NCBI GenBank assembly: GCA_965203275.1
Contig: OZ241865.1
Coordinates: 1,376,001-1,440,000, forward strand
Length of the DNA stretch: 64,000 nucleotides
Reading direction: 5' to 3'
DNA from: Bdellovibrionales bacterium
GTDB taxonomy: Bacteria; Bdellovibrionota; Bdellovibrionia; Bdellovibrionales; JAUICD01
Part shown: in pieces, positions 9,982-20,997 of the stretch
How the letters are laid out: every line of letters starts with the position of its first letter
How positions within the stretch are numbered: the first letter of the stretch is position 1
Notes under the pieces: model-generated
What the model was told of the DNA's origin: nothing
Database searches by the model: none
The model's input: the letters and a program-made list of their open reading frames with translations, nothing else
Made by a program: the position numbers and the translations under genes

Positions 9982-10647
9982 ATGCAAGAAAAACCTACGT
10001 TGTATACATATTTTAGAAGTTCTTCAGCTTATCGAGTACGTATAGTACTTCATTACAAACAAATTAAGTTTATATCTCATGCTATTCATTTACTTAAGGG
10101 ACAACAGCACAGCAAAGAATATTTGCAAAAAAATACCATGGGACAGGTGCCTTTCTTTCAACATAATCAGGTAGGCCTTATTCAATCTATGAGTATCATA
10201 GAATACATCGATGAAGTGTTTGCTGGACCAAAGGTTTTTCCAAAAGATTTCAAGTCTTGTATTATTGTAAAACAAATATGTCAAATGATTAATTCAGGTA
10301 TTCAACCCTTACAAAATTTATCTGTAGGTCAGAGACTTACTGTTCAATTTCAAGCCTCTCAAGAAGACATCAAAAAATGGAATACTCATTGGATTGCAAA
10401 AGGTCTTACAGGAGTAGAAAGGTTTATTCAAACTTATGCTGGTCAATATACTTTTGGTGATGAGATCACTGTTGCAGATGCTTTTTTAATTCCGCAAGTT
10501 TATTCTGCTCAACGTTATAATGTAGATATGACTGGCTTTCCTTATATTAATCAAATTGTCAAGAATTGTCATTTATTAGAAGCTTTTCAAAAAGCCCATC
10601 CTGATCAACAAGATGACAGCCCTTCTCAGCATAAAAAACTTTCATAG
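9982..10647 (+). CDS. maiA: Maleylacetoacetate isomerase (zeta-class GST)
   Basis: LYTYFRSSSAYRVRI, GQVP, SGIQPLQNL and AHPDQQDD. Confidence 0.92.
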   Translation: MQEKPTLYTYFRSSSAYRVRIVLHYKQIKFISHAIHLLKGQQHSKEYLQKNTMGQVPFFQHNQVGLIQSMSIIEYIDEVFAGPKVFPKDFKSCIIVKQICQMINSGIQPLQNLSVGQRLTVQFQASQEDIKKWNTHWIAKGLTGVERFIQTYAGQYTFGDEITVADAFLIPQVYSAQRYNVDMTGFPYINQIVKNCHLLEAFQKAHPDQQDDSPSQHKKLS

Positions 10648-10733
10648 AAAATAGACACTGTAAAACATGATAAATAATACAACAAATAGGTCTTATTAAG
10701 TCTTTTCCCAAGCATCACTACTAGTGAAATTTA

Positions 10734-11267
10734 CTAGTGAAATTTTTGATCTTCAAAAAAATTCACATTAGCAAGCTTAAAAATATGTTGATTTTCATCA
10801 TATTTATAGATATTGATGCGGGCAGATAAATTCTTCTCATACCCAGGGACAAGAATTTCTAATTTATTATCTCCATCTATATCATGGAGAGCTAAGTTGC
10901 TGGACACTCCTTTAAAATTAATATAAGCATCCCTACCAAAAAAAAGTGGGATACGACTTAATAACAAAGGAGCAGACTGAACATCTGAAGTGTTGCCATA
11001 TATTTCTAAGAAAAATTCATTATTTGTTCTCACTTTAATAACTTTTGTTTTCTGCCCATTATAAAGCAAATTACCTGTAGCCGTTGAAAGTACCTCTCTT
11101 TGATGTGATGTAAATTTTGCATGAAGTTTTTCTCTGACATCATCGTTCAAGACACATACAGTACTCACACAAAAAAGTGTCAGAGCCACAGCATAAAGGG
11201 CAAAATTCAAACAATCTTTAAAAGTGATGTTTTTAATAAAAGTGATATTTTTAATATTTTTTATCAT
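10734..11267 (-). CDS. Hypothetical membrane-anchored protein with a DxDGD (FG-GAP-like) motif
   Basis: N-terminal TM segment. LALHDIDGDNKLEILVP. Confidence 0.65.
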   Translation of the reverse strand: MIKNIKNITFIKNITFKDCLNFALYAVALTLFCVSTVCVLNDDVREKLHAKFTSHQREVLSTATGNLLYNGQKTKVIKVRTNNEFFLEIYGNTSDVQSAPLLLSRIPLFFGRDAYINFKGVSSNLALHDIDGDNKLEILVPGYEKNLSARINIYKYDENQHIFKLANVNFFEDQKFH

Positions 11268-11632
11268 TTTCTATTATTTCCCCATTTCCATTTATATCTC
11301 GAATATCTCAAATATCTCGAATATATTTATTTTTATTATAACACAATATCTCCTATAAACAATATCGGTTAAAATTAAAAAATTTATTATATAATAATTA
11401 TATTTAAAAAATAAAAAAGTGTCTCTAAATAAGACACTCCTCACCTGAGTTGTCTAAAATACTTGACACTAAATAATTGACACTTTTCGTAAACAAAAAA
11501 CATAAAAATAATATCAAAAAATAAACAGATAAAAGTAAAGTTTTTTGCAGTTTTTACCGAAAAATAATTAAGTATTGTATATGAAGATTTAGTTTCAGCT
11601 TTTATTTTATTTATATTTGGAGGTATTTATAT

Positions 11633-12823
11633 ATGAATAAACATGAAAAATATTTATATATTTTGGTTGGTAGTTTATTTGTTTTAATGATTGGATTTCA
11701 AAACTGTGATTCATCAACATCTTTATTAAATGCAGAAAATAAAGAACATCCTGCTATTCTTCAAGATACATCATTTAATGCTATAGAAGATGCATTAAGT
11801 ACATCTATTAAACCTATCCGAGCTACATTGGTATCAGACGATGCTCAAACTCCTAGAGATTATTTTTCTATTTATAGCAATATCAAACTATCTTTGACAG
11901 ACTTATTACCAGAATCTTCTCAAAATCAAAGCTTTACATGGAGTATTGAAAAAATATTTCCACAGGGTGTTGTTTTTCAACATACAGTGACTAATGAACA
12001 ATCAGAATATATATATACTTTCCCTCAAGTAGGTGTTTATGATGTTTCTGTCACATCACACCAAGAAGAGAATGCAAACAATGCTGAATCCATTAGAGGA
12101 CATAAAAAACTTGTCGTAGGCCTTTGCAATGAAAATCAAAATATTTTAGAGATCACTTTAAGTGAGGGAACACTTCAACCTAACACAAAATCTGCTTTCA
12201 CCTTGAGCTACTTTGACGAGAATGAAGCTGCTATCTCTAACGTGCTGTGGCAAGTGACACATCACAATAAGAACGTTGCTACTTCTAATAACAATGATCC
12301 AAGTAAATTGGTAACTCAATGGGGTAATATATCAGGAGAAACACTTGTAGAAATTTTTGCTCAATTTGAAGGGAATGATTGCATTTTTCATAGACAAAGA
12401 TGGGTCAATATAGATCAAAACATACGCCCTCATTTTAATTATGTGCGACCTGTTGATGATCACTCTGCCAATATAGCTCTACTTAATAATGATACTTATG
12501 TGTATGTCAGGAGCAGTGCAAACACATCTGTTTTGTTAGATATTCAAAATGCAGATAAGTGCTTATTTAATGGAAAGATTGTACCAGATTGCAATGGTTC
12601 TGCATGGGATTTAAGTCAGGAGAGTCCCAGCACAGAATGTCAGGAAAATGAATTTACAGTCACAGCTTACCGGAACGATAATCAATTAAAAGTTTCTGAT
12701 TCTTTTTATAGTTATTGTCCTGCCAATGATGACTTTTGTGCTTTTGGCCCTCAAAGATATAGACCTGATGAATATAGATGCCATCCTCTTGTGTCAGAAG
12801 TTACTAACTCTGACAGCATATAA
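11633..12823 (+). CDS. Secreted/lipoprotein with FQNC leader and PKD/Ig-like beta-rich body
   Basis: LMIGFQNC leader. YTFPQVGVYDVSVT. RBS ggagg. Confidence 0.72.
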   Translation: MNKHEKYLYILVGSLFVLMIGFQNCDSSTSLLNAENKEHPAILQDTSFNAIEDALSTSIKPIRATLVSDDAQTPRDYFSIYSNIKLSLTDLLPESSQNQSFTWSIEKIFPQGVVFQHTVTNEQSEYIYTFPQVGVYDVSVTSHQEENANNAESIRGHKKLVVGLCNENQNILEITLSEGTLQPNTKSAFTLSYFDENEAAISNVLWQVTHHNKNVATSNNNDPSKLVTQWGNISGETLVEIFAQFEGNDCIFHRQRWVNIDQNIRPHFNYVRPVDDHSANIALLNNDTYVYVRSSANTSVLLDIQNADKCLFNGKIVPDCNGSAWDLSQESPSTECQENEFTVTAYRNDNQLKVSDSFYSYCPANDDFCAFGPQRYRPDEYRCHPLVSEVTNSDSI

Positions 12824-12829
12824 TAATTT

Positions 12830-13636
12830 TTATTTTTCGGCTACAATATAGGCAACCCAAGACTGACAATCTTCACCTGTTTCTGTCTTTGTATAATGAC
12901 CATCCCCTTCACCATCAGAGGTTGTACCTTCCCAATAAACATGACTTTTGCTAAAGCCAGCTTCTGTCAAAATATCTCTTAACTCTGGAATACTCCACAT
13001 TCTCCAATCATAACTGAAAACCTTAAGACGCTTTTTTTCTCCTTTGAGCTTAAAATGTATATCAAACCGAGCATAGTTAGATACAGGATCGAAACTAGTC
13101 TGATCCCAAAAATAACTAAAGCCGTTATGTTTGACCTTTTCTTCATTTGGTTCATAACATTCTGACCCACCAAAACAATCTATGACAAAAAGACCTTCTT
13201 TGTAGAGTTTCTTATGCACTAAAAGAAAATATTTAAGCATTTCTTTTCTTGTTTTAAAAAGATAATATGAAAAATTATTAGCTACAATCATATCAGCTGG
13301 AGGAAGATTTTGAGAAAGTACACTTGCATTACAAGTTTTGATGCGGTTTTGTTGGCTTGCTAGCAGTTTTGCGTAATGTGTTTTATAACCATATTCTAAA
13401 GGATGAAAATCAATATCTACTCCTATAGCTTCTCTGTAGCTTTTAGATTTGACCCATTGACAACATACAATAAAAGTACCACAAAAATCTTCTCGCAAAA
13501 GAGCTAATCTTTTCCCTGGTCTAAGCTCCTGCCAAATCTTTTCAAAAAACTCTATATCAGCTTCTGGAGCTTGTACAGAGGCAATGTAATACTTATATTT
13601 ATCAAATGGTTTAGAAGTAGCAGTTTTTTGAGCCAT
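12830..13636 (-). CDS. Class I SAM-dependent methyltransferase
   Basis: LREDFCGT, AIGVDID and FSYDWRMWSIPELRD. Confidence 0.8.
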   Translation of the reverse strand: MAQKTATSKPFDKYKYYIASVQAPEADIEFFEKIWQELRPGKRLALLREDFCGTFIVCCQWVKSKSYREAIGVDIDFHPLEYGYKTHYAKLLASQQNRIKTCNASVLSQNLPPADMIVANNFSYYLFKTRKEMLKYFLLVHKKLYKEGLFVIDCFGGSECYEPNEEKVKHNGFSYFWDQTSFDPVSNYARFDIHFKLKGEKKRLKVFSYDWRMWSIPELRDILTEAGFSKSHVYWEGTTSDGEGDGHYTKTETGEDCQSWVAYIVAEK

Positions 13637-13675
13637 AATTTTATTAGACTTAGCAAATATTTTGATCGCTGTCCA

Positions 13676-14671
13676 CTAAAAAATATTTTGATAAGCAGGT
13701 GAAGAAAGAATTGGAAATTTCTTAAGTTCTTTTTGTCTTATTTGAGAGATCATGTTTTTTTGATCTTGTCTCCAAATCAAATGTATGTGAGGGCCAGCAT
13801 CCATACTGACCAAAGGTCCATCTTTATTTTTCTTCCAAAACTTATCTAAAATATTTAATACTTCAACTGTTTGAGGTTTTAAATAAGAAAAGCTAGGGAT
13901 AGATGTATGAAATAAATCCATCATATCTAAAAACTCCTCTTGAACTGTCTGATAAAGGCCTTTCCAATTGTTTTGCTTCAGATAAGTTATAAAAGTAGAG
14001 AGACGTTTTTCTGCCCTTTGAGGTCTACCTCTATAAAGAGGACTACTTAAAACCATTCTGTGAGCTTGTGAAGAAGATATATGTTTCTTTTCAGATGAAA
14101 CCAAAACAGCTATATGAATCCAATCTTTTGGAAAATCTATAGGCAGAAGTTCCCCATCAGGTCTCCATAAACATCCTGGGAAAAAGCTCCGACAGGCAGA
14201 CCCAGAACCTCGACGGCTTAAATGAGCCATTTCCATATCACTTAATTGTTGATCTGCTATTTCTTTCAAAGCTTTCGCAAAAGCTTTTGTTAAAGCTGCA
14301 AAACTACTAGCAGAGCTAGCAAGCCCTATATCAGCAGGGAAGTTATTATGAGATCGCACAATAAAAGGTTGCTTAACCCTAAATCGATATTTAAGATATT
14401 CTAAGTGTTTTAAAAATCGCTTCTGTCCTTGTGTAGAAATGCCTTTCAAGCATTGAAACTGTCCTCCTGCAATATGAAAAGAAGATTGACTTTGACTTGC
14501 TAAAAAAATATCTTGTTGAGATGTTTTATTAATCTCTAACTGAACAGTGCTGGTTAAATGATCTAAAGTCCAAGAAAGTGATGAATGTGTAGGGGTATTT
14601 TCTCTATCAGAAGCTTTACCCATGTATTTGATAAAGGCAAGATTGGCTGGGGCTTGAGCTTGAAAATTCAT
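13676..14671 (-). CDS. mvaD: Diphosphomevalonate decarboxylase
   Basis: APANLAFIKYMGK, NNFPADIGLASSASSFAAL, SRRGSGSACRS and MDAGP. Start placed at MNFQ. Confidence 0.9.
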   Translation of the reverse strand: MNFQAQAPANLAFIKYMGKASDRENTPTHSSLSWTLDHLTSTVQLEINKTSQQDIFLASQSQSSFHIAGGQFQCLKGISTQGQKRFLKHLEYLKYRFRVKQPFIVRSHNNFPADIGLASSASSFAALTKAFAKALKEIADQQLSDMEMAHLSRRGSGSACRSFFPGCLWRPDGELLPIDFPKDWIHIAVLVSSEKKHISSSQAHRMVLSSPLYRGRPQRAEKRLSTFITYLKQNNWKGLYQTVQEEFLDMMDLFHTSIPSFSYLKPQTVEVLNILDKFWKKNKDGPLVSMDAGPHIHLIWRQDQKNMISQIRQKELKKFPILSSPAYQNIF

Positions 14672-14679
14672 GATGACAC

Positions 14680-15000
14680 CTAAGTAACCTGTTTTTGAAG
14701 CCATGAAAGATAATCAGAGTTACCTTCAATTATTTTGTAAAAAACCACACACGGGCAATGATAGCTGTGCAGTTTTTTCACACATTCTATCACTGCCTTG
14801 CTATGTTTTTGGAGTGTTTTGACAATCAAAACAGATTCATTGGATTGCTCTAAAGCATTTTGTGGGTTATGATAAAAAGATTGTACGGACTCATGGATAT
14901 TCGCACAAGCAATAAGTTTATCTTTTAAAAGAGCCACAGCTAAAGCTTGTGCTTCTTTTGTATCTTTGCATGTAATATATCCTAAAATCATTTTACTCAC
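14680..15000 (-). CDS. cutA: Divalent-cation tolerance protein CutA
   Basis: LIACANI, LHSYHCPCV and GNSDYLSWL. Confidence 0.9.
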   Translation of the reverse strand: MSKMILGYITCKDTKEAQALAVALLKDKLIACANIHESVQSFYHNPQNALEQSNESVLIVKTLQKHSKAVIECVKKLHSYHCPCVVFYKIIEGNSDYLSWLQKQVT

Positions 15001-15130
15001 TTATTTTGTGTTTATTTTGCGTTTATTTTGTGTTTTTAAATATGAATTCTTTTGTTCATTAACAAAATTCAAAAAACATAATATAAATTATTTATACAAA
15101 CCAATAGCATTAGAGTCAATAGTCATTTGT

Positions 15131-16150
15131 TTTGTTTCTCTAAAAGTGGTCTGACCTCTGTCTCACTAAAAGTAAACCAACCTCTGTTTCACTCAAAGTG
15201 AACTGGCCTCTGTTTCACTAAAAGTGGTCTGACCTCTGGTCACTTTCTGGTTGCCAGCCGAAGGCTATCGTTCACTCAAAGTGAACTGGCCTCTGGCCAC
15301 TTTTGGACAATGACCGCAAAGGCTTTCGCCTTTGACAAAATGGTCATTGTCTCAAAAGCCTGTTCACTTTGAGTAAGGAGGATCTCTTCGTCTCTTGACA
15401 CGATATTAAGGAAACAAGAGTTTATTTCACGTCGATAAAATGATCATCGCCTAGAAAGCCTGACCACTTTTAGTAGGGAGGATCTCCTCATTTTTTAACA
15501 CCATGTTAAGGAAACAAGATTTCTTTCTGATGCCGGCTTGCCGGACTGCCGGATTCCAGATGCCGGATTCCGGATTGACATGATGTTAGGGAAATAAGAT
15601 GTTCACTCCCGGGATCTGGGATCCGGCAATCTGGCATACCGGGAACTGATGCCGGATCCCGGGTTGCCGGATCCCAGAAAAAATCAATTTTAACTTTAAG
15701 TGTTTTTACACAACTTGTATAAATAAGCTCCTAATTTATCAGCTTGTTTTGTTTCACTAAAAGTGGTCTAGCCTCTGGCTACTTTCTGGCGATGACCACG
15801 ATGGCTTTTGCCATCGATAAAATGGTCATCGCCTAGAAAGCCTGACCACTTTTAGTAGAAAGGATCTCTTCGTTTTTTAACACCATGTTAAGGAAAAAGT
15901 TCTTTTTTTTTGTTTTTTTATTTTTTTTAGATTCTGCGTAACCATCAAACAAAAAATAATTAGGGAGAGGATGGGGCAGTGGGAGACTGAAGATCTTCCG
16001 CAAATTGAGCTTGCTCCTTAAAAGCAAGCTCAATTGAGGACTTCGGAAGGCTCACACTGCCCTATCCTCAAATAAAAATAAAATGGAAAAAAGCAGAATC
16101 GAAGGGCGGTGGGTGGGGTTAGGGATAATCCTTTTGTTGCCGGGGTCCCG
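15131..16150 (+). mobile_element. Structured-repeat cluster 3: stacked A 5' ends, full and partial A copies, degenerate heptamers, four-helix-bundle 3' fragment, A+B element
   Basis: 26-nt-period heads at 15138/15164/15190/15216. Full A from 15273. A+B from 15755 to 16124. Confidence 0.78.
15696..15752 (-). pseudogene. 3' fragment of a four-helix-bundle gene
   Basis: Translates as TKQADKLGAYLYKLCKNT*. Same sequence at 35557-35613 (+). Resembles the last helix of this family. Confidence 0.5.
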
Positions 16151-16164
16151 GAGGGAGAATATCC

Positions 16165-16272
16165 GTATTTCACTATCGATGTGTATTATATTGATACAGA
16201 ATCTTAGAAAAATTATATATTTTTTACTTTTTTCGTTGAATTGTCGATAAGTCGTTTATAATGACTTTAAGG
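16165..16272 (+). promoter_or_regulatory. Upstream motif shared by three pilin-family genes
   Basis: tgtattatattgataca...ttg(t/c)cgataa...tttataat also occurs at about 25803-25885 (+) and 34300-34405 (-). Confidence 0.65.
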
Positions 16273-16277
16273 AGTTG

Positions 16278-16420
16278 GTTCACTAAAAGTAAACTAGCCT
16301 CTGGCTACTTTTGGACATTGCTCTGACAGCTATCGCTGTCCAAAAAGAGCAATGTCTCAAAAGTCCGTTTACTTTTAGTAGAAAGGATATCCTCATTTTT
16401 TAACACGATGTTAAGGAAAA
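16278..16420 (+). mobile_element. Single module A inserted between promoter and start codon
   Basis: Absent at the equivalent position upstream of paralog 29823-34286. Confidence 0.8.
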
Positions 16421-16422
16421 AA

Positions 16423-19400
16423 ATGTATATATACAAAAAGTTTATTTATTTAGTTTGGTTTTATTTTTCATTTGTACAAATATTTGCACAAACACTTCTG
16501 CAAAAAAATTGCATAACGCAATTAGCCTACCCCCCCCCCCCCCCCCTTAAGTCCAGGTTTTGATTGTCTTAAAAAAAATCATTTTAAAAAGTGCAAACAG
16601 CTAGGGATGGGCTTAGTAGAGATGTTGATTGTGATGACCATGCTTGCCTTAATCAGTGTAGGTACAGCATATTACTTCACACAAAGTCAAACAGTGATGC
16701 GTTCATCTGCACAAGATTCAGATTGTCAGAGCATTGCCCAATCAGGTTTAGATAGAGTTGTCTCATTAGGGACTCGTCTTTATGGATATAGAGTAGGTCA
16801 TACTGACCCTGATCTTAGATATAACCCTCTTTTTATCAAGAGAGGAACTCAAATAACAGGTAGCACTCCAGTAGCTTATCGGATTACAGATACAAGCTCT
16901 GGTAATAATTTAAGCCTTACAAAAAAATATAAGGATTTATACAAAGCATTAACAAATAACACTCCCCCTGCCCTGCTTGTGAATACAGGAGTTCCTTTAG
17001 TAAAGCTTTCTAATAGTGGCTTTATTAATATAGGTACATCTGTGTTGCTGGTTAATTCTGTGAATTTTTTGCAGTATATGTATAATTCTGACCCTGCATT
17101 TTTTAATGGTAATAGTGGCAAAGGTAAAGAATTTACCATTACCAGTAGCACCCAAGCAAGTAATAAAGTGATAGCTTCATTATGGAAGGACTATCTTAAA
17201 AAGTACAACCTTCAAAATGTGAAATTCTACATCAGGATTAACCCTGTTGATCTGAAAAATCAAAAGGTGATAGAGAGTTATTCAGGTATTAAATGTCATT
17301 ATACAAGATATAATGGTTCAAAATTTGTCTCAACAGAGATTCCTTGCCCACGTCCATCCACTCACCCGGCACATAAGTTAGTGTTGACTCATCCTAGGCT
17401 TGCTGTTTCTGGGACTTCAACCTTAAATAGCTCATCAAATTTACGCACCATAGGCAATCCTGATTTAGGATTTCAGGTGACAGTTAAGTTAAGTTATGAA
17501 AAGAATAATCAGGATTATTTTTGTAAGAGCATGCAACGATTTGCTCACCAGACTCGTTTATTGATGGAGCAGACAACTCCAATTAATGTTTCAGTGACCT
17601 CCCTTAAGAATGACTATAACAAGAATTTACTACCTAATGGTGGTCGTAAGCAGACTTCATGTGACACAGATGACATAAATGGTACAGATGGTCATAGAAA
17701 CATCACCATGGAGTTAAATTTTGATAATACAGCCGGCAGAACAACTAAGGAGTTTGGAACATTATTTTTATGTCGTGGAATACGTTGGAAGTATCCTAAA
17801 AGAGGTTGTAACAATACTGCTTCAAGTGAAAAAATATATGGACCTTGGCGGAGATGTCATGAAGTGAAATTTCCAGATCAAAGAGGTCATACAGAGTCTG
17901 TTTTATTAAATAGCAGTGGCCATGATATAAAGCTACGATTAAAATTTAATAACTTAAAGGAAGATAGAAGCTATGCCTTAGAGATTGCAGAGGTATCGCA
18001 ATTAGGTATTTCTAAACCACCTTATCAGCGTATAACAAATAGTCGCTTTTATATAGATGCTACAAGACCTACATTAATTGCAAGTATAAATGATATTGAT
18101 GTCGGTCCACCAGAAGATATGCGAAGAGGAAGATCTTATTTATATAATGGCCATACAACAAATTGGGATTTACCTGAGGTTCGGTTTAAATATAATAGTA
18201 ATTATAAAAAAGGACCTGGTTTGCAGTGCAATGACGATGCTGTTGACTTTCATGGTTGTATTATTGATGAGTTTCATCATAATTTAGGAGACTGCACTGC
18301 AACACATCAGAGAGAAGATGGTAATGGCCTCTCATCTATTACTAGTGTTACCATGACTACTGACACCTCACAACATGCTTGTAGTGGTACTTTAAGTTCG
18401 CCGATTCCACATGGTCAACAAACAGTGAAGATCACTGCCAGTGATATTTGTGGCAGTGATCCTGAGTCCAGCGATCAACTTAAATGGGATACAGACCTTC
18501 CAAATACATTTGTTGCCAGACCTTTTCCAACAAGTCCTCATTGGCTTTACCGAAATGCTAGTAATGCTAGACCAAAATATACAATTCAAACACTCGTACC
18601 AGCTTCAGGGGCGGGTACATTCCCGAAGCATTATGCAGTGACATGTTATGGAAAGCAATACGGATATCATCCAAGAAAAGATGGGAATGGAGGGAGTATT
18701 GCTTGTGAATTTTATGGCAGTCTGAATAGTAGTCACTTAGATCATGATGGTTGCAATCCTGCAGACTTCGGGGTGAAGTATCATCATATTTGTGGTCGTA
18801 ATTCTGCTGTGCAAGCAAAAAAATGGGGTGTGTATGTGGCACATCCAAGTGCTGGTGGTGGCCTTTGTGACAAAGTACCTTGTGAACCTAATTTGATATG
18901 TTGTGATAAAAGTAAAGGTACTTGTGGAACTGGAGCAAGTGTAGGTGATAAAAAATGTGCTAACAAAGTAAGCAACCCAAGGTGTACTGATCCTAAAGGA
19001 GGTACACAGTCTAAGGACGATGAAACTCCATCTGGCTGTTCACCGCTAGGCCTCTATGACTGTCATTATACTTTGCCCTGTGAAGGAGATGCAGGAGAGC
19101 TAAAAAATAGAAGAGATAATGGTGTTGCTTGTAATGAAGATGGTGGTAAACGTGAAGGCGATGGATGTACTTTTAATAGAACTGGTCAGTGTAAACATAG
19201 AAATAGTTCCATAGCCCAGGGAAATAAACACTCTCAAGGTGCTATTCAAGCACATCATGGTGGTGATTGTCATCTTAATGGTAATTCAGAAATACCATGT
19301 ACTGTTCAAGCACAGTGTAAGCAGAAATATAAATATGCAAAAAGGAGCGACTCATGTGAATATCCTGGTAACCTTCCTGATGATCCACCTATAAAAAAGG

Positions 19401-20617
19401 ATTGTAACATTCATCCTCCTAATGAGCCAATCTATGAAATAGATGGTGAATGGACTAGTCAGGAACTTGATGGTGATGGAAAGGGTGTGTGTGCTGATTC
19501 TAATCCACTTGAACCATGTGATTTGAAAGTTGAAAAAGTAACAAATACAAATGACTGTAGAGCCAAGAATACGTCCTGTCCTTTGAAATTCATAGGGACT
19601 TGTCAAGAGCCACAAGGCAGAGGTTGCATTTCAAGAGGTCGTGGTGGTAGTTCAGGGGTACAATGTACTGCACGACCACCGACACCTTCTTCTTCACCCG
19701 GGGCAACCCCTCCTTCTACTCCAGACGCTCCAGGATTTGGAGCATGTGCAAGTGGGACATGCACCCATCCTTTTTGTGCAGAAAACTGTGCATCGCCAGG
19801 CAGATGCCATGTCAAAGATATAGGTGGTGTATGTCATCCTTCTTGTGGACATGCAGCTCGATTGAAATTTGGTAGAGATGGCTATGGACCTGATAGAAAG
19901 CCTAATACCTCTGACGATCTGCATTTTTATCGTCAGAGGCCAGCCACTACATGTAATGATCTTTCTATTACTTATTCTGATGGTGTTACAGTCAATAACT
20001 GGGTAGTACTATCATCTATTCAAGGTCGCATCCCATACGAAGTTTTAGAGCGTGGTGGTAGTAATGGTGTCTGCTGTATACGAGGCTCTGCTTCTTCACC
20101 TACTCCCACTCCTACTCCTACTCCTACTCCTGCATCTACACCTGCACCTGTACCCACACCTTCGGTATGTGAATTCGGAAGTTTTGCCATTTGTAACAAT
20201 GGAAAACCATCAGGAACAAGATGCGATCAGATAGGTGATGGATGCTATGACAGAATCTGCAAAGATGGATATATTGAACAGACCAACGGCACTTGCATTC
20301 AATCAACCCCTACCTGTTCTGGCAATCAATATGTCACTAAAGACACTTGTGAAAACGCTCTCCCCCTCCCCGGTAAAGACTTTTGTGTTAAAAACAACAG
20401 CAGTGGATGCTGGGTCCAAGGACCTCCCGTTCACGGACAATGTGGCAGTGATTGTGGTACATGCCGGTCCGGAGTAAGAGGAAGAGGTACTCTTAGTTGC
20501 AATCTACATCTACCTGATATACCTGAATATCAATGTTCCTGGGCTTGTGATGGACAAAATGGAGGACTAGGCTATCCAGATTGTAGAGCAAGTGATTTGT
20601 CTTCACCATGCGGTTGA
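16423..20617 (+). CDS. Giant Cys-rich type IV prepilin-like surface protein, leader frameshifted at C17 (phase-OFF)
   Basis: ATG 16423 matches the paralog start MYIYKK. C17 at 16530-16546 shifts the frame relative to ORF 16607-20617. Prepilin-like QLG|MGLVEMLIV. Confidence 0.8.
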
Positions 20618-20664
20618 TTTATTTTTAATGTCCAAGTCATTTCTAGGACCTGATCCCAGTTGTT

Positions 20665-20965
20665 GCACTCAAAATAAATCATGCATCTGTTTCCCTAAAA
20701 TTGAACTAGCCGTCATTTTCACTCAAAATGCATCATGCCTCTGGCATGTTTTTGGGCAATGACCGCAATGGCTTTCGCCATTGGCAAAATGGTCATTGCC
20801 TCAAAAATCTATGCATTTTGAGTAGAGGAGGATATCTTCGTTTTTTGACTACATGTTAAGGAAAATATCCTTTTAATACCAGTTAGCCCGACGGCTACCG
20901 CCGTCGACCAAAGGCTAACCGCCTCAAAAGCTTGTTCATTTTGAGTAGAGGAGGATCTCCTCGTC
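20665..20965 (+). mobile_element. Structured-repeat cluster 4: two stacked heads, full A, partial A
   Basis: cactcaaaataaatcatgcatctg, ccctaaaattgaactagcc, then cactcaaaatgcat...atgcattttgagt. Confidence 0.75.
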
Positions 20966-20997
20966 ACCAGCAAATCTTATAATTGAAAAAAGACAAT

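Noticed and set aside
13676..14671. Mevalonate pathway gene as a sign of eukaryotic origin or novelty
   Set aside because: mvaD occurs in several bacterial groups, and it sits in an ordinary operon-like run with cutA and a methyltransferase.
15131..15540. CRISPR array interpretation of the periodic repeats
   Set aside because: There are no constant repeats separated by unique equal-length spacers. The units are truncated element heads, and no cas genes are in the window.
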